A stretch of DNA of 64,000 nucleotides from a virus. Lineage: Duplodnaviria; Caudoviricetes. The stretch covers positions 28,325 to 92,324 of the IMG/VR virus record IMGVR_UViG_3300010340_001609; one strand, given 5' to 3'. This document shows positions 29,343 through 38,451 of the stretch, piece after piece (within the stretch, counting starts at the first letter, position 1; each line of letters starts with the position of its first letter). The notes under the pieces are model-generated. The model was not told the origin of the DNA and did no database searches. It saw nothing but the letters and a program-made list of their open reading frames with translations. The position numbers were made by a program, and so were the translations under genes.

Positions 29343-29975
29343 TTAAAATCTTAAATTGTTCCAAACTCTTTTAAATTCATTAACTTCTCTATGCGTGACT
29401 TCTATTGATGGAATTGATGAAATTCTATTAATTTCATTAAATACAGACTGGGATTCAAACGCATCAGTATAATCTAGCCCTGGGTTCATAAACGAGATTC
29501 CATAAGTTGATTGTGCGCAATCGTTAACTTCTGCTTGTTTTCGACAAATATGCCCAATTCCCAGTGCATGACCGACTTCATGCATAAATGTTGATTTTAA
29601 TTCAATCGAAGAACGAATACATCCTGGGTGAATTATAATAACCCGCTGAGAAGCGATATACTCGCCAGCATAGCAGTTTCTTGTATATTGTTGATTGGTG
29701 TCTATCAATACGGAAATATCTTCTCCTGAGTCAACTAGACGTACTGTTGGGCCAATTCTATTTAATTCTTGCAATGTTTCAACTATATAATTTTTTCTAT
29801 TAAATCTATTCCATTCTTCGCCAACTAAACGTAAATCTAATGATCCATATTTTTGTTCATTATGATTGTTTATTTTGACTTTATTATATATAACAAAAGA
29901 CAAGAAAAATATTGCTGCAACCACAAGCAATGAAATTCCAAAATATAAAAAACCTTTTTTTGTTTGTTCAGTCAT
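29343..29975 (-). CDS. Membrane-anchored metzincin (matrixin-like) metalloprotease
   Basis: N-terminal TM helix; HEVGHALGIGH (HExxHxxGxxH); Met-turn SFMNP. Confidence 0.8.
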   Translation of the reverse strand: MTEQTKKGFLYFGISLLVVAAIFFLSFVIYNKVKINNHNEQKYGSLDLRLVGEEWNRFNRKNYIVETLQELNRIGPTVRLVDSGEDISVLIDTNQQYTRNCYAGEYIASQRVIIIHPGCIRSSIELKSTFMHEVGHALGIGHICRKQAEVNDCAQSTYGISFMNPGLDYTDAFESQSVFNEINRISSIPSIEVTHREVNEFKRVWNNLRF

Positions 29976-29983
29976 ATTAATAA

Positions 29984-30514
29984 TTAAATTATTATTTTTC
30001 TTTTGATAAAGAATTCTTTATCTGCGTTGTAATCACAATACTCTCCAAAGTACAAATTTTCAAGAAAATTATTTCTTTTATCTGTATATTCAATATAATA
30101 GTTTTTATTATTAAAATCTAATAAGTAATAGGTACTATAAAATGACATTAATTGTTCAAACCATTTAAATGTTTTGTGATTTCCATGACTATTAAATAAT
30201 TCGTGAAATAACTGATCAAAATCGTCTGAAAAATTCTTTTTATATGGAAGATTCGTATAGTTTTGCCATCCTTCAATTTTAAACTGAGTTTCAAAAGACT
30301 TTTTAAATTTTGAGTTTATTACTTGTTCAAATTCTACACGATCATCTTCATTTATTTTTCTATATGAAAAAACAAGATCAGTATAAGGAGCTGGAATACC
30401 CAATAAAACTAAATTAGTATTATCCTCGATGTAGTCGGGCGATAAATCGTAAATATTTTTGATTATAAAATTCCTATACAATCTAACTGAATCTTCTATT
30501 ATTTTTTCTTGCAT
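29984..30514 (-). CDS. Hypothetical protein
   Basis: 176-aa ORF. Confidence 0.45.
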   Translation of the reverse strand: MQEKIIEDSVRLYRNFIIKNIYDLSPDYIEDNTNLVLLGIPAPYTDLVFSYRKINEDDRVEFEQVINSKFKKSFETQFKIEGWQNYTNLPYKKNFSDDFDQLFHELFNSHGNHKTFKWFEQLMSFYSTYYLLDFNNKNYYIEYTDKRNNFLENLYFGEYCDYNADKEFFIKRKIII

Positions 30515-30552
30515 TGCTTTATTTTTTTCTATTTATTTAGAGCTGAATTGTA

Positions 30553-31095
30553 ATGAAAAAGAAAAAAATTTTAATATCTGAATCAAATTTTAAAAAATTT
30601 ATTAATAAGCTTCTTTTGGAAGTTATGATTGATATGAATGAAATCAATCAATTAATGAGATTAAAGCCAATTTTAATTGCATTTTATAATATAGAAAATG
30701 ACTTGGAAGAATTATTAAGGAATAATTTTCAAAATTATTCTAATTTAGTAGAATATGCAAATCGATTAGATCAAATTGGAAATAATATTCCAAAATATAT
30801 AGATAAAATTGAAGAATTAAGTTCTAAAGAAGCAGATCAATATTCTGAATTTAAAAAATTTTCACAAGCTGTATTGTCTAGAATAATTTTAGAAGATGAA
30901 AAATTATCTAATGTAGAAAAAATTCTTGGATCTCTTGGCCCACAACAAATTGAATTTGGTAAAGAAGGAATTTCTTTAATAAGAAAATTGAAATATCAAA
31001 TCTCAAGATTAAAAGAAGTCCAGTCAAAACTTAATACACAACAATCTTCACAGCAAAACACAACTCAAGTTAACCAACAAGTTCAACAGTCTTAA
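30553..31095 (+). CDS. Hypothetical helical protein, putative internal head protein
   Basis: Basic leader with ISE/LLE motifs; TATTTA at 30534-30539. Confidence 0.5.
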   Translation: MKKKKILISESNFKKFINKLLLEVMIDMNEINQLMRLKPILIAFYNIENDLEELLRNNFQNYSNLVEYANRLDQIGNNIPKYIDKIEELSSKEADQYSEFKKFSQAVLSRIILEDEKLSNVEKILGSLGPQQIEFGKEGISLIRKLKYQISRLKEVQSKLNTQQSSQQNTTQVNQQVQQS

Positions 31096-31408
31096 TGTCT
31101 GAATTTAAAATATCTTCATAATGAAGATATGGTTTTCCTGTATCTGTGTCAAACCCTTTTCTTAAAAAGGTTAATACTGTTATTGTTTTTTTATCAAAAT
31201 TTCTTTTATTGATTCCCACCAATTCAGCGTTGAAAAATTCAATTGTCCTGTCAATTTCATTCGCATAATGTAGATAATTTTTCGTTAAGAATACCCTATA
31301 TGTTTTATTTAATTCATAAGATATTTTTTTAGTTTCAGGAATAATCTCTTTATTTTCAATAAATTTTAATATTAAATCTAAAAAACGCAAAATTGCAAGA
31401 TATAACAT
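31070..31408 (-). CDS. Hypothetical protein
   Basis: 112-aa ORF. Confidence 0.4.
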   Translation of the reverse strand: MLYLAILRFLDLILKFIENKEIIPETKKISYELNKTYRVFLTKNYLHYANEIDRTIEFFNAELVGINKRNFDKKTITVLTFLRKGFDTDTGKPYLHYEDILNSDIKTVELVG

Positions 31409-31423
31409 GCTTTAATTTTAATG

Positions 31424-31933
31424 TTAAGGTTTATAATATGTTCCAAAAATATAATCAAATAGTGGGTAAACAACATTAAAAGAATGTTCCTGATTTCCTT
31501 TTTGATGATGTTCAACATGCCAAGGAATCCAATTTTCAGCCCATGTTTGATCTAAATGAGATAACATATGAACAATATAATATAAAAATCCATATGATAT
31601 TATGCCAGCTGCAACAAATGGAGAAATTGGAACTAATGATTTGTATATGACAAGCATTGCGAATGTTAATGCTATAAATTCTGGAGTTTGAAACAAAAAT
31701 TTTATTCCCATTTTATAATCTGGGTCTGTCATTTGTTTGCGACATTGTTTATGATGTTTGTACCAATGAAAGTTCCAAATTGAATTTTTCTTTTTACCTA
31801 AACCATGTAATACATGTTTATGAAACAACCATTCTGTTAGATTTCCAATGGTTAGCCCAATCATTGTTTTACCTATATTTTTCACCAAGACATTTAGCAT
31901 ATCTTTATAACTCCACTTGTTATTAAGTAACAA
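31424..31933 (-). CDS. Fatty acid hydroxylase/sterol desaturase superfamily membrane protein
   Basis: His boxes EWLFHKHVLH, HWYKHH, YYIVHMLSH, WHVEHH; NVVYPLFDYIFGT. Confidence 0.8.
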   Translation of the reverse strand: MLLNNKWSYKDMLNVLVKNIGKTMIGLTIGNLTEWLFHKHVLHGLGKKKNSIWNFHWYKHHKQCRKQMTDPDYKMGIKFLFQTPEFIALTFAMLVIYKSLVPISPFVAAGIISYGFLYYIVHMLSHLDQTWAENWIPWHVEHHQKGNQEHSFNVVYPLFDYIFGTYYKP

Positions 31934-31943
31934 AACAAATAAA

Positions 31944-32270
31944 TTATTTTTTATATTTTAGAATGACTTCATCGCTTATTTTAAATGCGAGTATTGCTTC
32001 TTGGTCATAATATTTTATTGTATGATCTATAATTTTTTCAATTTGAGTTCTTGTCGCTAAGATTCTAACAGGAATCATTCGTTCGATAAACAATTTACCA
32101 GAGGGAGAAACCCAATTTCCTTTTGTTACAGGGCAAATTGTTAATCCACCAGAGATTTCTCTAATTTTTTTATCCCAAACTTGATGATATCTTTTTCTAA
32201 AAGGTTTGCCGTTATTTCTAATTGTTGGTACTAAAATTTCCCACATACATATCATTTCTTGTGTTTCCAT
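31944..32270 (-). CDS. Hypothetical protein
   Basis: 108-aa ORF with its own sigma70-type promoter. Confidence 0.55.
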   Translation of the reverse strand: METQEMICMWEILVPTIRNNGKPFRKRYHQVWDKKIREISGGLTICPVTKGNWVSPSGKLFIERMIPVRILATRTQIEKIIDHTIKYYDQEAILAFKISDEVILKYKK

Positions 32271-32300
32271 ATTATTTCACACCCTTGTCGCGAATAGGGT

Positions 32301-32329
32301 ATTTTAGGGACTCAAGAGAGATTTGTCAA
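32301..32329 (-). promoter_or_regulatory. Sigma70-type promoter
   Basis: TTGACA-N17-TAAAAT on the minus strand, followed by an ACCCT...AGGGT leader hairpin (32281-32300). Confidence 0.7.
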
Positions 32330-32724
32330 TCGGCTGCGTTCAAACCAAACAGTTGAGATAAATGACGACTTTGTTCTTCAGGATTATTTTGATATTGCTC
32401 TATTAATTTTTTAAGCTCTTCTTTTTTTGCAGCATCAATAGATTCAATTTCTATCTTATGTTTTTCCTTTAATTCTTGTAAAGTTGCTTGAAATTTTTCA
32501 TCTATCTCTTTTTGTTTTTTAGCCTGAGCTTCTTCCAAAATTTTTAATTCTTGCAACTCTTTTTCTCTAGCTTTTAATCGATCTTGAAGAATCGAAATAA
32601 ACTCAAATGCCTTTTGTTGTTTGTAGAACAAAAAACATATTAATGCCGTAGCAGCCAATCCAATTATTATCGCATATGTTTTAAACGATGAGAAAAAAGA
32701 TATAAGTTTTTCTTTAAAAGTCAT
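32326..32724 (-). CDS. Membrane-anchored coiled-coil protein (i-spanin-like architecture)
   Basis: N-terminal TM helix followed by a long K/E/Q coiled coil; TATTTA upstream. Confidence 0.4.
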   Translation of the reverse strand: MTFKEKLISFFSSFKTYAIIIGLAATALICFLFYKQQKAFEFISILQDRLKAREKELQELKILEEAQAKKQKEIDEKFQATLQELKEKHKIEIESIDAAKKEELKKLIEQYQNNPEEQSRHLSQLFGLNAAD

Positions 32725-32745
32725 AATATTATTAAATATTGACTT

Positions 32746-33126
32746 TTAGTTTTTCATTCCACCAGTACCACCAGAAGAAGACTTGTTGTCAGAAAATGCC
32801 AATAAAATTTCAGAATTTTTATTCTGCTCTTCAACTTCCTTGATAACTTCCCCAGTCAACATACTTAATGAATTATTTAATTCATCAATGATACTAAGAT
32901 AACTTAAATTAATTTCTTCAAGTTCAATAACTCTTTTATCTAATTTAATCATTAATTTAATTAAATTATCTAATTTATCAAGAACCATTTGATTTTCAAA
33001 TTTATCAAGCGTCTTCCTCAGTTGTTTTGAACTTCCCGATGATGTTAAGATATTTTTCGTATTCTTCTGAGTTGTTTTCTTTTTCGAGACTGTTGGTGTT
33101 GTTTTTTTGGTTTTTGAATTCTTCAT
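32746..33126 (-). CDS. Hypothetical protein
   Basis: Lys/Thr-rich N-terminus plus coiled coil. Confidence 0.45.
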   Translation of the reverse strand: MKNSKTKKTTPTVSKKKTTQKNTKNILTSSGSSKQLRKTLDKFENQMVLDKLDNLIKLMIKLDKRVIELEEINLSYLSIIDELNNSLSMLTGEVIKEVEEQNKNSEILLAFSDNKSSSGGTGGMKN

Positions 33127-33481
33127 TTTCTTCTTTAATAATATTATTACTTTTTTTTCTATTTTTAAATGAATTATTACTTTCTAATATAGAATATATA
33201 TTTTTTTTATCTTTTGTTAAAGATTTTATTAAGACAAGTTCATCACTTTCTTTTAAGTTAATAATTTCATTTATTAAAAGTTCAAATATCTCTTTATAAG
33301 ATTCATTTTGTTCTATTATATGAAATACGAAACTTATGAATTCTTTTAATGATATATTTTTATTATGTAAAATTCTTTTAACTTGAATTAAGCTTTCAAT
33401 TGAAAAATCTAACTTAACCGTATATTTGTCTGATTTATTTATTAACTTATCACTTGTTAAAAGTAATTTTTCTTTATTCAT
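33005..33481 (-). CDS. Hypothetical protein
   Basis: 158-aa ORF overlapping the next gene by about 120 nt. Confidence 0.4.
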   Translation of the reverse strand: MNKEKLLLTSDKLINKSDKYTVKLDFSIESLIQVKRILHNKNISLKEFISFVFHIIEQNESYKEIFELLINEIINLKESDELVLIKSLTKDKKNIYSILESNNSFKNRKKSNNIIKEENEEFKNQKNNTNSLEKENNSEEYEKYLNIIGKFKTTEEDA

Positions 33482-33495
33482 ATTAACCTAAAAAA

Positions 33496-34179
33496 TTAAA
33501 CAGCACCACCACCAGTGATATCTCCACCGCTAGGTAAAGAACCACTGCCATCGGCAACGTTACCATTTCCTGAAAAATATGCGGACCCACCCTGTAAAGA
33601 TGTTGAAGTTTTTGAATTTGGAGAAAGCTGATAATATTTTTTCAAAACAATCATGCATTCTTTTGCAGTTTGTTCATTGTAATTTTTTAGAAGATACACA
33701 TAAACACGATTTAAAATCACCGTTTTTGGATCCAACATTACATCGTAATTGCCAACAAGTCTTGCTATGTTTGAAGCAAATTTTTGAATATTCAGCATTG
33801 TTTCTGGAACTTCTGGTTCCGTAGGAGCAGTTTCTTCAGCTCCTTTATTTGAATCATCTCCTCCCAAATCCAACCCGCCAGCATCATCTGGCGATCCTAA
33901 TTCTAAATCTGGATCGTCCGCCTCGAAAAGTATATTTGAGATACTAATTTTTTCTGTTAAGTTTGCTAATGCGGAAGGTATGGTTTTAGGAGCTTCTCCA
34001 ACGCCAGAAAACATTTGTGATGCAGGAATAGATTCTCTTTCATATTGAATTAGATATCTATCTACTTTTTGGTCTAAAGACATGTCTTGTGGAAGAGTAG
34101 TTGCTTTGGTAGAAACCACTGGAATAGTTTGAACGTCTTTTTTCTTCTCTTCTTTAAGAATTAATTTCTTAAGTTTCAT
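33496..34179 (-). CDS. Putative virion/head protein
   Basis: MKLKKLILKEE leader, SLDQKVDRYL, NILFEADD acidic linker. Confidence 0.5.
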   Translation of the reverse strand: MKLKKLILKEEKKKDVQTIPVVSTKATTLPQDMSLDQKVDRYLIQYERESIPASQMFSGVGEAPKTIPSALANLTEKISISNILFEADDPDLELGSPDDAGGLDLGGDDSNKGAEETAPTEPEVPETMLNIQKFASNIARLVGNYDVMLDPKTVILNRVYVYLLKNYNEQTAKECMIVLKKYYQLSPNSKTSTSLQGGSAYFSGNGNVADGSGSLPSGGDITGGGAV

Positions 34180-35072
34180 TTTGATTTTTTACTTTCTTGC
34201 ATTGTGGTTAATGGAGGTAATGAAATTTTTTCCGCATTTGTTACTGGGTTAATTGGCATTTTATTAATTGGGTCTGCTAGAACGACTGATGATTCTAGTC
34301 CTGAAGTATACATTGGTTGAACCGCATAAATTTGATCCAAATTGGCTCTTTCTGCAATCATCATTCTTTGTTCAATCACTGACCAATTTAATTCTTGAAG
34401 CATTCCATTTAAATATCCCTTTTTATCAGCATTATAATCTTTAAACCAAGCATGATGCCAAGTATCAATAACAATCACGGGAATTCCTAATAGTGGAACA
34501 TTTTCCGTGTGTTTTTCGACAACACAATTCATATATTTTTTTGTGTAAGGATCATAATAACAAACTACCCATCCTTCTGTGGCAACCATACCACATGAAC
34601 GAAAATCAAGTTGCCACTGTTCAAATGTCCCAAAATCTTTGGATAATCTAATAAATGGAATACTATCTGCTCTGATTTGAGAATTTAAATCTGAAATATT
34701 TGAAAAATATAATTCATGAAATTTAATTCCGTTAAAATTATGTTGTTCATCAAGTTTTAATCGTCTAAATTCAGAATCATTTGGATTCATGGAATCCATG
34801 ACTTTATTGATAGTATCAATCTTAGGACTAATGTGATTTAAACTTTCTATATAACTTCTATATAAATTAAAATGATTATCCTTTGTAAAGGTACCAAGTT
34901 TTTCAGTTTTTAATATAAAAGGCTTGGCAATTAAATAAACAGCTTCCGAAATAAAAGTTTTTGTTTCAATAATTTTTTGGGTTATTTCATTTACTTTTTT
35001 TGGGAATTGTTTATTTAATTTTTCTCTTATAACTGAATTGATATTCAAATCTTTTGGTTTACTGTCACTCAT
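34176..35072 (-). CDS. Fe/Mn superoxide dismutase-like protein with N-terminal extension
   Basis: HFNLY, NGIKFHELYF, DFGTFEQWQLDF, GWV, VIDTWHHAWFKDY (variant of DxWEHAY), LNW..IEQR. Confidence 0.75.
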   Translation of the reverse strand: MSDSKPKDLNINSVIREKLNKQFPKKVNEITQKIIETKTFISEAVYLIAKPFILKTEKLGTFTKDNHFNLYRSYIESLNHISPKIDTINKVMDSMNPNDSEFRRLKLDEQHNFNGIKFHELYFSNISDLNSQIRADSIPFIRLSKDFGTFEQWQLDFRSCGMVATEGWVVCYYDPYTKKYMNCVVEKHTENVPLLGIPVIVIDTWHHAWFKDYNADKKGYLNGMLQELNWSVIEQRMMIAERANLDQIYAVQPMYTSGLESSVVLADPINKMPINPVTNAEKISLPPLTTMQESKKSK

Positions 35073-35119
35073 TGCAAAAATAATTATGCAATTATAAAAG
35101 AAACCTATTATAAGAAATG

Positions 35120-37753
35120 TTATCTACCAGATATATTTGCAACAAGCTCCATGTAGTCAATATTTAAACGACTTGGAGCTGTTCCCACAGATTTTACAAT
35201 AATAGCTCCAGGACCAACTACTCGACCAGCACCAACTGGTAAAGTTGTTGAAATTGTTGCAACAAGAACATCATCAATATAATAACTTGCTTGACTTAAA
35301 GCGTTGTTTGTTTCAATTCTAAGCTTGACAAAATTTGTTGTCCCAACTGCTACGCCCGTATCAACTGTTGTGCTTGTTGTTGCGGTTGAAACTGCTTGCC
35401 AATTATTTCCATTTACAAGTCTATTATAAGTAAAATAAAGACCAGCAGTTTGTGCAAGGGCAGACGCAGTATTTAGCCAACCAATTGATAACGCATATTC
35501 TTGTGTCGCTGTTGAAAGCGCTGGGATGTAAACTCTCCACTCTTGAATAGAGTTTTCAAGATTATCTAGCCTCCAGCCAATTAAACTTTGCGCAAGACAT
35601 ATACGTCCAACAGCAGTAGTTCCAGTTGTTAACTGAACTTCGCCAATTGCCTTTCGTTTAACGTCAGTTAAAATAACTGTAGTATTCGTACCAGCTCCAC
35701 TTAATGTTTGAGCCCAAAAATAGTTTCCCTGATAAGTATTTGCAATCCAATCTTCAGAAATATGAATTGTTCTGGAGGTTGGGTTTCTTGAAATGCTGAT
35801 TTCTGTTGCGCTTGCAGAGACAGAAAGAACATTTCCGACTGATGATGATGGGGCAATTAAAGATTTGAATTGAAGCGAACCTAAAAGTTTAGAGTCATAA
35901 ATACCCTCACCAGTTCCAAGGTTTGTTCCAGATGTAACATCACCACCAGAACCAGTTGTCGTAATTGTTATTCCTGTTGAACTTGAAGTTAATTGTATTC
36001 CAGAACCTGCAACAAGATTTTTAAATTGAAGATCGACACCAACCTTTTGAGCAAATAAACCAAATCCTGTTCCAAGATTGCTTGCAGTATTTGCCTCACC
36101 AGTAGATGAAATCGACATTGTAATAGCTTGAGAGTTAGATGTAAAGGATACACCCGCGCCTGCAACTAAAGATTTAAATTGAAGATCAGATCCAACTTTT
36201 TGAGTAAATAAACCAAATCCTGTTCCAAGATTTGATACAGTGTTAACTTCTCCACCAATACCAGAAGCCCAAGTTAAATTACCAGAAACATCTGTTTGCA
36301 AATAAGAAGAAGTTAAAGGAATTGTTGATGGAAGAGTATATGTTAAAGATGAGTTAAACGCTACAGGAGCTTTTATTCCAAAATAATTTGCGGAAGAATT
36401 TCCTGATTGTAAAAATCTTGCCTCGGAACCATTTAAAAGAATCAGATTTCCAGATAAAGAGGCAGCAATTGAACCAATATAAGGTCTAAGATTTAAACTC
36501 CCAGAGTTATTAATATAAAACGGCCTTTCATAAGATAAAAATTGACCAGTTGGATCAGTATTGTTGTCAATTGAAAAAAGTCCAGGAGACTCAACTCTAA
36601 CTCGCCACTGTGCGCCATTTGCAATTGTCGAAGCAATTGTTCTATACCACGTTTCAGGATGTTCCCCTACATATCTAACAGAATCTCCATCAGTTAAACT
36701 ATAATTGACTGCCCTAATATTAGCAGCACCAGCGGGTTGAAATGAAATTTTACTTAAATCAACAGTGTTTGAAAGCGCTAAAGTTTTAGCGCTTTCAAAC
36801 CCTTGATATAGTTCATAGATAGAAGTATTGTATGATCTATTATTATTAAAGTATGCTAAACTTCCATCGTTTAAATCCAAGACTACAGCACAAGAAATAA
36901 AAATATTATATGCAGCAGCAATTGGTATGCCTTTAGTTTGGTCGGTGGATGTTGAGCGAATACCTGATTGACAAAATCTAAAAACAGTATTTCTAACAAA
37001 AACATCTGGCGCTTCTCCAAAATAGGTATCATGGTTTCCTTCTTTAAGAAGGATTGCAGAACCTGTAATTGCAAAAAAATCAAAGTTACAACCGTTTATT
37101 TCTGAATAAGCTGATTCATTAACGAATGTAACGCCTTCCCGACAATCATTAAACCCAGTATTCCTAATCACAGCTCCACCAGAAACACCAGTTATGGTAG
37201 CTCCTTGATTAAATCCATTGAAACTGCAGTCTAAAATTCTAGGTACAACAAAATTGATATTTACAGATGCTGTTGTAGCGTTATAAATATCGATCTCAAT
37301 ACCTTTATTATTAAATCCTCCACCTCCATTTAAGGTTAAATCAGTTAAAAATGTTCTGTAATCCATTTGGAAAAATGTCAAATTACTACCAGTTGTAGTA
37401 ACACGAGTCATATTTCCTCCCTGACCTTTTATCATAATCGATTGTGATAAAAGGAGGGAGGAAATATGACCCGTAAATGTCCCTGCTCCTATCTCAATAA
37501 CATATGGTGACGTTAGACTTCGATCACTCGCAGCATTGGCAACAGAAACTCCTTTGGAAATTGTTCGATATGGATTCATATATGATCCATCTCCATTTGA
37601 ATCACTGCCACTCAATGATATATAAATTTTTTTCGGATCAAAATTATCCGAAGTTGTAAAACCGCCAGAAAAATGCATGCGTTGATTTAAATATAATTTT
37701 TGATCGGCAGAATTAACTGACCAAAAGCCTTTTTCGTCAATGTAATTTTTCAT
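35120..37753 (-). CDS. Tail fibre/spike protein with pectate-lyase-like beta-helix and tandem repeats
   Basis: GSDSNGDGS..NPYRTISKG beta-helix start; Gly/Ser/Thr-rich; three SNLGTG.G...K.G..LQFK.L.A repeats; beta-rich C-terminus. Confidence 0.75.
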   Translation of the reverse strand: MKNYIDEKGFWSVNSADQKLYLNQRMHFSGGFTTSDNFDPKKIYISLSGSDSNGDGSYMNPYRTISKGVSVANAASDRSLTSPYVIEIGAGTFTGHISSLLLSQSIMIKGQGGNMTRVTTTGSNLTFFQMDYRTFLTDLTLNGGGGFNNKGIEIDIYNATTASVNINFVVPRILDCSFNGFNQGATITGVSGGAVIRNTGFNDCREGVTFVNESAYSEINGCNFDFFAITGSAILLKEGNHDTYFGEAPDVFVRNTVFRFCQSGIRSTSTDQTKGIPIAAAYNIFISCAVVLDLNDGSLAYFNNNRSYNTSIYELYQGFESAKTLALSNTVDLSKISFQPAGAANIRAVNYSLTDGDSVRYVGEHPETWYRTIASTIANGAQWRVRVESPGLFSIDNNTDPTGQFLSYERPFYINNSGSLNLRPYIGSIAASLSGNLILLNGSEARFLQSGNSSANYFGIKAPVAFNSSLTYTLPSTIPLTSSYLQTDVSGNLTWASGIGGEVNTVSNLGTGFGLFTQKVGSDLQFKSLVAGAGVSFTSNSQAITMSISSTGEANTASNLGTGFGLFAQKVGVDLQFKNLVAGSGIQLTSSSTGITITTTGSGGDVTSGTNLGTGEGIYDSKLLGSLQFKSLIAPSSSVGNVLSVSASATEISISRNPTSRTIHISEDWIANTYQGNYFWAQTLSGAGTNTTVILTDVKRKAIGEVQLTTGTTAVGRICLAQSLIGWRLDNLENSIQEWRVYIPALSTATQEYALSIGWLNTASALAQTAGLYFTYNRLVNGNNWQAVSTATTSTTVDTGVAVGTTNFVKLRIETNNALSQASYYIDDVLVATISTTLPVGAGRVVGPGAIIVKSVGTAPSRLNIDYMELVANISGR
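35855..36253 (-). repeat. Three approximately 50-codon repeats inside the tail fibre gene
   Basis: GEVNTVSNLGTGFGLFTQKVGSDLQFKSLVAG / GEANTASNLGTGFGLFAQKVGVDLQFKNLVAG / GDVTSGTNLGTGEGIYDSKLLGSLQFKSLIAP; the first two share AATAAACCAAATCCTGTTCCAAGATT on the plus strand. Confidence 0.8.
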
Positions 37754-37824
37754 CGTAACGATAAATAGATTTTTTTATTGCAATATGAAAATCTATTATT
37801 TAGAATAAATTCTTAATTAAGATA

Positions 37825-38451
37825 ATGAAATTGAAAAAAATAATATTTGAAACAAGCGAATATAATATTTCAGATAAAATTTTAGCAAATATATTAAATG
37901 AAAAAGATCCAAACAAGCAATTAATTATGGCAAAATTAAATTTAAGGCAGCTGGGTTCTGGTGCGGGCCGTTCTGTTTTTGATTTAGGAAATCAAAAAGT
38001 ATTAAAACTTAGATCTAATAGCATTTTTTCAAGTTCACAAAATAAAACAGAATATAAAAATTGGCAATGTGTTCAACACACAAAAATGAAAGATTTTTTT
38101 GTCAAGGTTTTTGAAGCCGCTCCAAATTATAGTTGGCTTATATCAGAAAAAGTAATTCCATTAAATAAAAAAGATAAAGTGTTTATTTATCAAACTTTAA
38201 TAAAGTTAATCACAGATTCAACAAATCCTCAACTCGAGGATTTGGAAATAGGCGAATATTTTTTTACAATTTATGATATTTTTCAAGCAGCAAAAGAAAA
38301 AAAGTGGCCTATAAAAAACACTGTGTCAGAGTGGTTTGAAGCATTAGGAGACGCATTAAACACATGCGATATTTCTTATTCAGATTTTTCACCAGAAAAT
38401 TTTGGGTTAAATTCTGAAAACAATTTAGTTATCTTGGATTATGGTATTTAA
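37825..38451 (+). CDS. Protein-kinase-like fold protein (paralog 3)
   Basis: LGSGAGRSVFDLGNQKVLKL, QNKTE, WLISEKV, SDFSPENFG, ILDYG. Confidence 0.75.
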   Translation: MKLKKIIFETSEYNISDKILANILNEKDPNKQLIMAKLNLRQLGSGAGRSVFDLGNQKVLKLRSNSIFSSSQNKTEYKNWQCVQHTKMKDFFVKVFEAAPNYSWLISEKVIPLNKKDKVFIYQTLIKLITDSTNPQLEDLEIGEYFFTIYDIFQAAKEKKWPIKNTVSEWFEALGDALNTCDISYSDFSPENFGLNSENNLVILDYGI

